Shown here: positions 51,628 to 64,000 of the stretch, in pieces
Position numbering within the stretch: the stretch's first letter is position 1
How the letters are laid out: each line of letters begins with the position of its first letter
NCBI RefSeq assembly: GCF_009914755.1
Contig: NC_060943.1
Source: the human T2T-CHM13v2.0 reference genome, Homo sapiens
Length of the DNA: 64,000 nt
Direction: 5' to 3' (one strand)
Made by a program: the position numbers and the translations under genes
The notes under the pieces: model-generated
What the model was told of the DNA's origin: nothing
Database searches by the model: none
Seen by the model: only the letters and a program-made list of their open reading frames with translations

Positions 51628-54600
51628 TTTTTTCTTAAGATATAATTGATAAGTAAAAATTGTATATATAGTGTACAACATGGTGTTTCAATATACATAT
51701 ACATTGTAAAAGGATATCAAGCTAATTAACATATCTATCACCTCACTATTTTTGTGTGTGAAGAACACTTAAGATCTACTCTGTTAGCAATTTTCAAGTA
51801 TAAACTATAGTCACCATACTGTGCAACAGATCACCAGGACTTTTTAATCCCATCTAACCGAAATTTTGCACCCTTTGGCCAACATCAGCTCATCTCCTCT
51901 GACCCCTGACAACCACCATTCTACTCTCTACTTGTATGAGTTCAACTTTTTTAGATTCCAAATATAAATGAGATCATGCAGTGTTTGTCTTACCGTAATG
52001 TCCTCCAGGTTTATCCATGTTGTCATAAGTGACAGCATTTCCTTCTTTTTAAAGGCTGGAAAAGTATGCCATTGTACATATATTCATTTTATTTATCCAT
52101 TCATCAATCCATGGACAATTAGGTTGATTCCACATCTTGGCTAATGTGAATAATGCTGCAATGAACATAGAAGTGTATACTGATTTTGTTTAGATATGTA
52201 GCCAGAAGTGAGATTGCTGGGTCATACGGTAGTTTTACTTTTTTTAAATGAATTTCCATACTGTTTTCCATAATGGCTATATTAATTTACGTTCCCACCA
52301 ACAATGTACACAGGTTCCCTTTCTCCATATCTTTGCCAACACTTGAAGCTTTTTAGTTTGATTCAATCCCTTTTGTCTATTTTTGCTTTTTCTGCCTGTG
52401 CTTTTAAAGTCTTATCCAAAAATCATTGGTCAGACCAATGACAAGAAGTTTCTTCCGTTACGTTTTCTCCCATTAGTTTCACAGTTTCAGCTCTTAAGTC
52501 TTTAATCCATTTTGAGTTGATTTTGTAATATGGTGTGTCTAATTTCATTCCTTCATATATGGATATCTAGTTTTCCCCACCCACTTATTTAAAAAAAAGT
52601 CCTTTCCCTGTTGTGTGTTCTTGACACTTTTGTCAAAGATTGACTGACTATAAATTACGGGATCTATTTCTGGGCTATTTTGTTCTATTGGTCTCTATGT
52701 CTGGTTTTATGCCAGTATCATGCTGTTTTTATTACTGTAGCTTTATACTCAATTTTGAAATCAGGTAGTGTGATGCCTTTCCAGCTTTGTTCTTTTTGCT
52801 GAAAGTTTGGTTATTTGGGGTATTCTGTGGTTTCTTATGAGTTTTAGGAGTATTTTTCTATTTCTGTGAAAAATGACACTGGAATTTTTTTATGGAAATT
52901 GCGCTGAATCTACACATCACTTTGGGTAGTATGGAGATTTTAACAATAGTTTCTAATCCATGAACACCAGATATTTTTCTATTTGTGTCTTCAACTTCTT
53001 TCATCAAAGTCTTATAGTTTTCAGTGAACAGGTTAATTTTATTTTATTATATTATATATATTATAAATTCTGGTTAAATTTATTCTTAAATAATTTGATG
53101 GTACTGTAATAATTTGATGGTACTGTAAATGGAATTGTTTTCTTGATTTCTTTTTCAGATGGTAGTAGTACCTGGAAACAATATTGGTTTTTACTGCAAC
53201 TTTACTGAATTTGTTTATTAGTTTAACAAGTTTTTGGTGGCATCTTTAGGGTCTTCTATATATAAGACCACATCATCAGCAGAGACAATTTCACTTCTTC
53301 TGTTCGAATTTGTATGCCTTTCGTTTTTCCTTATCTTGCTCCTGATCTTAAAGGAAAACCTTTCTGTCTTCTACCACTGATAGTGATGTTAGCTGTGGGC
53401 CTGTCATATATGACCTTTAATATTTCGAGGTATGTGCCTTCTATACATAATTTGTTGAGTTTTTATCATGAAAGGAAGTTAAATTTTGTCAGATGCTTTT
53501 TCTGCATCAATTGAAATTATCACATTTTCTATGCTTAATTTTGTTAATGTGGTGTATCACATTTACTTATTTGTGTATGTTGAACCATCCTTACATCCCA
53601 GTGATTAATCTCACTTAATCATAGCGTATGATCCTTTCAATGAGCTGTTGAATTTAGTTTGCTAGTTATTGTGTTAAGGATTTTTGCGTGTATGCTCATC
53701 AGAGATATTGGCCTGTAATTTTCTATTTTTGTAGTGTCTTTGCCTGGCTGTGGTATCAGGGTAATGCTGACCTCATAAAATGAGTTTAAAAGTTTTCCCT
53801 CCTCTTTAATTTTTGGAAGAGTTTGAGATGGCTGGGTGTTAATTCTTCCTTAAATATTTGGTAGAATTCACCAGTGAAGCAATCAGGTACCAGGCTTTTC
53901 TTTGTTGGGAGGTTTTTGATTATAGATTCAATCTCCTTACTCTTTATTGATCTGCTCAGAACTTCTATTTCTTCATGATTCAGTTTTGGTAGCTTGTATG
54001 TTTCTAATAATTTGTTCACTTCTAGGTTATCCAATTTGTTGGTGCATACTTGTTCATAGTAGTATCTTATGATCCTTTGCATTTCTGTGCTATGTCTCCT
54101 CTTCCATTTATAATTTTATAATTTATAATTTATTTTATAATTTATAATTTATAATTTTATAATTTTGAGTTTTTTCTTAGCCTAGCTAAAGGTTTGTCAA
54201 TTTTATCTTTTCAAAAAACCAGATTTCACTATTATGATCATAGTTTCGTTGATTTTTTCTATTGTTTTTCTATTCTCTATTTCATTTATTTTTGCTCTGA
54301 TCTTTATCTTTCCCTCTTTCTCTAGATTTTGGGCTTAATTTGTTCATCTTTTTCTAGTTTCTTGAGGTGTAAAGTTAGGTTCTTTGAGATCTTTGTTTTT
54401 CTTAATATAGAATTTAACACTATAAACTTCCCTTTTAGAATTGCTTTCTCTGCATCCCACGTTCTGGCATGTTGTGTTTCCATTTTCATTTGTCTCAAGA
54501 TATTTTTTATTTCCCTTATGATTTTTTCTTTGACCTACTGGTTGTTCAGGAGTGAGTGTGTTAATTTCCACATGTTGTTTTCCAATTTTCCTCATTATTG

Positions 54601-54855
54601 ATTTCTAGTTTCATACCATTATAGTCAGAAAAGATACTTCATATAGACATCAATCTTCTTAAATTTGTTAAGGCTTGTTTTGTGGCCTAACATATGATTT
54701 GTCCTGGAGAATGTTCCTTGTGTGCTTGAAAAGAATGTATATTCTTCTGCAGTTAGATGGAATGTTCTGTATATGTGTGAGGTCCATTTGGCCTACAGTA
54801 TTGTTCAAATCTTATTGTTTTCTGCTTACTCTATACATTACTAAAAGTGAGGTAC
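51628..54855 (-). mobile_element. L1MA-type LINE, 5'-truncated
   Basis: Antisense 3'UTR from ~51630. ORF2 remnants (QRIIRYYYEQ...NLPTKKS.. [13 protein letters not shown]; KKYLETNENGNTTCQN). Confidence 0.92.
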
Positions 54856-58018
<3,163 letters not shown>

Positions 58019-58054
58019 GGTACTGAAATCCTCTGACTTTATTTCTAGGTGTTT

Positions 58055-58529
58055 GTTTGTTTGTTTGTTTTTGAGACAGAGTCTCACTCTGTAGCACAGG
58101 CTGGAGTGTAGTAGCATGATCTCGGCTCACTGCAACCTCTGCCTCCCGGATCCCGGTTAAGCAATTCTCCTGCCTCAGCCTCCTGAGTAGCTGGGATTAC
58201 AGGCGCGTGCTGGAGATGGCATGGTGGGGTTCCACCATGTTGGAACCCCATGAGACTTTGGACTGTGGACTTCTGAGTTAATCCTGATATGAGTGAAGAC
58301 TTTAGGGGACTGTTTGGATGGCATGATTGGTTTTAAAATGTGAAAACATGAGATTTGGGAGGGGCCAGGGGAGGAATGATGTGGTTTGGCTCTGTGTCCC
58401 CATCCAAATTTCATCCTGATGGGGTTCCACCATGTTGGCCAGGCTGGTCTCGAACTCCTGACCTAGTTATCCGCCCACCTCAGCCTCCCAAAGTGCTGGG
58501 ATTACCGGCATGAGCCACCACACCCGGCC
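58055..58529 (-). mobile_element. Rearranged AluS containing a templated THE1 insertion
   Basis: (TTTG)n tail, Alu arms at 58073-58210 and 58419-58529, flanking tatttctag repeats. Confidence 0.92.
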
Positions 58530-58533
58530 ATAT

Positions 58534-58670
58534 TTCTAGTTTTTAAAATACCTAAAACTATACATATTGATAGGTATAAGCCACATAAGCAAAAGTTCTT
58601 TAGGGTCCTCATTTTCATGAGTGTAAATGGGTTTTGAGACCAAAAAGCTTGAGAATCTCTGGTCTACAGT
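58534..58670 (+). mobile_element. Charlie1-type terminal fragment, right part
   Basis: ccacataagcaaaagttctttagggtcctc...tgagaccaaaaagcttgagaatctctg resembles the Charlie1 terminus. Confidence 0.7.
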
Positions 58671-58831
58671 AAATCTGTAACAGTCTGGGTTATTTGAGCA
58701 GATTGGATGGAAATCTGTCTTTTTCACTATTATGATCTCAAGGCCTAGCACAAAGCTTAATACACAGAAGTCTCTCGATAAATGATTATTCAGCTATTGT
58801 TTCAGCAAATATTTGAGTACCTACTATCTTA

Positions 58832-58876
58832 TTAGGTTGGTCAAAAGTAATAGTGGTTTTCGCAATTACTTTTAAT
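58832..58876 (+). mobile_element. MADE1 (mariner MITE) half
   Basis: ttaggttggtcaaaagtaatagtggttttcgcaattacttttaat. Confidence 0.75.
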
Positions 58877-59195
58877 ATAAGACCCAATGCTAGGTCAACT
58901 TCATGGTTCATTGTAAATCAAATTGAAATGGCCCCTGCCATAACTTATTTATTTAATATGTCTTCAGAGTTTCAGTCCAGCTGGGAAGAGACATTCAATA
59001 AACCTTTAAAGATTATGGTAAATGCTTTAAACAAACAAACAAACAAAAAACCCAGGATGCCGAAATGAGGATGGTTATGTTTGTATGGTAGATACAGAAT
59101 AGTCAGGGATCTCTGAGGAAGAGAAACTAAGACTAAATTTTGAAAAAGCCAGCCTGGGGAAGAAGAAGGGAAGAACATTTCAAAAAGACAAAACA

Positions 59196-60130
<935 letters not shown>

Positions 60131-62619
60131 GTCCTCCACACATAGCTGATTTGTTGCATGGTCAGATTAAAATAAACACTACTTTACAAGATAAATAAAT
60201 AAACCAGTTCTTAAGTATTTCGAATTCATGTGTATATATTCGGTGCTGCTGGATAAATATCTTCAGATACAAATTTGTACACCGTTCCTCAGTAGTGCAA
60301 ATCTAACAAATTTTCCTTAAGGAAAACTTTTATTTTTTAACTTTCTCAAGTAGGAGTTTCAGGACAGTATAAAGCCAAACATTCATATTAAAGTAACCAA
60401 CCCTTTCACAAAAAGTACCACTAAGTCCAAATATTAAAAGAACAGTTCCCAAAAGCAATTAATTACATACAGGATTAAAGACAGGCAAAAGACCACCTCC
60501 ATCATGAATCAGATATTATAAAAGGAAAATATGTCAAGTCTGGCAGACAGTGTTAAGGTTCAGAACTAAAGTTCAGCTTATATGTCCCTGTCCAAAAGGG
60601 CACTGGACACCATTTCTCATGAGAAGCTAAAACATTCAGAAGTCAAGCTATAACATGGTAACCAAAGTAGTACATGTAGAAAATGCAGGGTTACTCATCC
60701 ACTTTTTGCTCAAGTTGGCTTACCAGCCAGAAAGCTCTAACCCTGAACTGGCAAAATGGTAGATGTTCATTTATCCAACCATCTAATAAACAGGTAATGC
60801 GTATCAACTACATTCAGACACTAGAGACACAGTGATAAACAATGGAGACACAGTCTCTGCCTTCATGGGGCTTATAGCTCACTGATGAAGCCAAACAATC
60901 AAATAAGCATATAAATAACATAAGTAACAAGCAATAAATGTGATGAAAGAAATATTGTGCTATAACACATATATCAGAGAGCCTGACCCAGACTAGGTAA
61001 TAAAGAAAGACATTCCATGCCTAGTTAACGGTGTGCACAAGGCTTATGAGGCTGGAGGAGTACAGAAACCTGTGTAGCTAGAATACAGAATGGCATAAGA
61101 TAAAGGCTACAGAAGCACAGAAGAGTCAGACCCTGCAAGACCTGTAGGCCATTTAACGACTGGAGATCCCATACAACCCGCAACTGTAGCACACTACAAG
61201 AATTTCTCCCAGGTGAGATCGGCACTCACATCTCAAGCAGGTCCCCTGAAAAACAGCATGATTTCCACACATACTCACATGTCAATGCCTAAGAACATGA
61301 CCAGAATGATAAGGAGAGCTACTCTGGCTTCCACAATGCAGATCATCGTGCAGGTAGAGAAAATCATTTTTATCTGGTTCATTTTAAAGGCCCATCATGA
61401 GATAAACCTAAGAAGAATGGAGAAAAAGGCAATAATTGATATAAAAGTAAAACATGAATCAGAAAGCAGAAAAACATCTGGAGCTAAGAGATACAGATTT
61501 AACAAAGTCTAACAATAAGTAAAATGTTCACAAAGAGGAGACTGGATGAATAAATTATGGCACATACATTTAATAGAAAAATCTACAATGATAAAAAAGC
61601 ATGCAAAAACTCTTATGGAACAATCGCCAAGATACATTGTTAAATGAAAAGCCAAGGTGTTGAACAGTAAACACAGTATACTTCATTTATTAAATAAAAA
61701 GAGAAACACACTGTATACATATTTGCTTCTATATGCATGGAATAACACTGGAAGGATATTCACAAAACTATTGACATTGGTTATCTTTTTTTTTTTCTTT
61801 TTCTGACTCAAACACATCTTCTGAGACACTGGTTATCTATAGAGAGGGAAAGATGGGAGGAGGAATTTTCTCCTTTTTGAATTTCAAACCACACAAATAT
61901 ATTACCTATTAAAAGTTTAAAAAAGTTAATATTCAATATGATTTTAGATGAGTACATATGAAAATTTTAATGAAAAGGAACATTTTCAAGGAAAATAAAA
62001 ATTAGCAAACTGACTGCCAAATGGGGGGGAAAAAAGGTAAGAAAAGCCTTCTTACAAAGAATCCTGTATGTTAAAACTTTCTGGTACATTTTAATAATCT
62101 AGCCCCCACAGGCTCCATGAGATAAAACTAATATTTATTGAATATTTCCCGTGTGCTATATACTGCATCAAGCATTACATGTATTTGCAGCTCATCCTCA
62201 CAATTCCTGAGATAGGTGTTCTCATCACCTCTATTTTACATATAAGGAAACTGAAGCATATCCAGTAAGTAACTCCAGAGGTCAGACTCTGCAACCACTA
62301 TCCTACATTAATTCTGTATTAATAAACTGGAAAACCTTAAAGAAATGCATAATTTTCTAGGGAAACAAAATTACTTGAAATCTGTTTGACTGTAAGTGTT
62401 CTTCCAATGCCTAAGGAACAAATTATTCTTAGTCTGCACAGATAGTTCCCAGGACATTAAGAAGAAAAAGACGAGGGCTTGCCAATTCATTGAACTAAAT
62501 TAGAAGAGTGGCTTTCAAGAACATATTTCCTACAATGAAAATGTGTTACAAGAATAGCTATCTTGTATGGGATACTTACCCTGTGCCAGGCACTGGAGTA
62601 AGTGCTTTATAAAAGATCT

Positions 62620-63212
62620 GGGTGCCACTTGGAAAACAATCTGGCAGTTCTTCAAAACGTTAAACATAGAGTTACCACATGACCCAGTAATTCTACTGGT
62701 AGGTAAAATTAAAACACATGTTCACACAAAAACTTGCACATCAATGTTCTTAACAGCATTATTCATAACATAGCCAAAAAGGGGAAAAAACCCAAATGGC
62801 CATTAGCTGATGAACAGATAAATAATGTATAGCCAAACAACAGAATATTATTTGGCAATAGAAAAGAACAACGTTCTAATACATGCTACAGCATAGATGA
62901 ACTTTGAAAACAGTAGGCTAAGTAAAAAAAGGCAGTCACAAAAGCTCACACCTTGTATGATTCCATTTATATGAAATGTCCAGAATAGGCAAATCTATAG
63001 ACAGAAAATAGGTGAATGGTTCCCTACGGTTGGAGGAAGAGGGGAATGAGGAGTGAAGAGTTTTTTTTTAGGGTAATTAAAATGTTCTCAGATTGAGGGC
63101 AGTGATGGCCATACAACTCTGAATATTACTAAACACCACTGAACTGTACACACTGTAAATAGGTGAATTGTATGGCAGACGAATTATATCTTGGTAAGGC
63201 TGTTATTAAAAA
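62620..63212 (+). mobile_element. L1MB-type 3' end
   Basis: aaacatagagttaccacatgacccag and gtatgattccatttatatgaaatgtccagaataggcaaatc. Confidence 0.85.
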
Positions 63213-63403
63213 TACATATCTAGGTGTATTTTCCTAACAACCTTAATGAAACTGAAACTAATATACTTATTTTGTAGACGAGAAATCTGCAGCTCAGAGG
63301 GGACACTATCTACTCATGGTCATAATCTAAATAGTTGAGAAAGCCAGAATTCAAATACGAGTTTTTCTGTCTATACTGCTTACTATCTCCCAACACAATC
63401 CTA

Positions 63404-63929
<526 letters not shown>

Positions 63930-64000
63930 CAATGCTATTAAGCATTTCAAACCTACAATAAGAGGGAAGCTGTCCATTTAAGAAGCTAGCAGATGGCTTC

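Overview
Human (primate) genomic DNA containing the imprinted PEG3/ZIM2 locus. PEG3 lies on the minus strand, from a CpG-island promoter at about 43.8 kb to a poly(A) cluster at about 13.15 kb. Ten exons can be reconstructed from splice signals: 3 non-coding and 7 coding, the last with 12 dispersed C2H2 fingers. The ORF is 1588-1590 aa depending on two tandem splice sites. The first intron carries the imprinting control region, a GC-rich tandem array (138-bp unit) with many YY1 and ZFP57 motifs. A bidirectional promoter probably drives the lncRNA MIMT1 on the plus strand. The flanks are transposon-rich: a decayed ERV1 gag-pro-pol at 4.4-7.6 kb and a nested Charlie1>L1MA>THE1>L1PA stack at 51.3-58.7 kb. 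The main biology is already known. The most unusual sequence-level observations are: an overlapping YY1/ZFP57 site and a promoter-like repeat unit in the ICR; a perfect 169-bp templated THE1 copy with a snap-back hairpin inside an Alu; a 66-bp direct repeat around an Alu; a tailless L1 fragment with no target-site duplication; a four-copy ~290-bp repeat in the PEG3 3'UTR; and a fossil continuous zinc-finger array in PEG3. Gene and repeat family names come from recognising the sequence, not from database searches.
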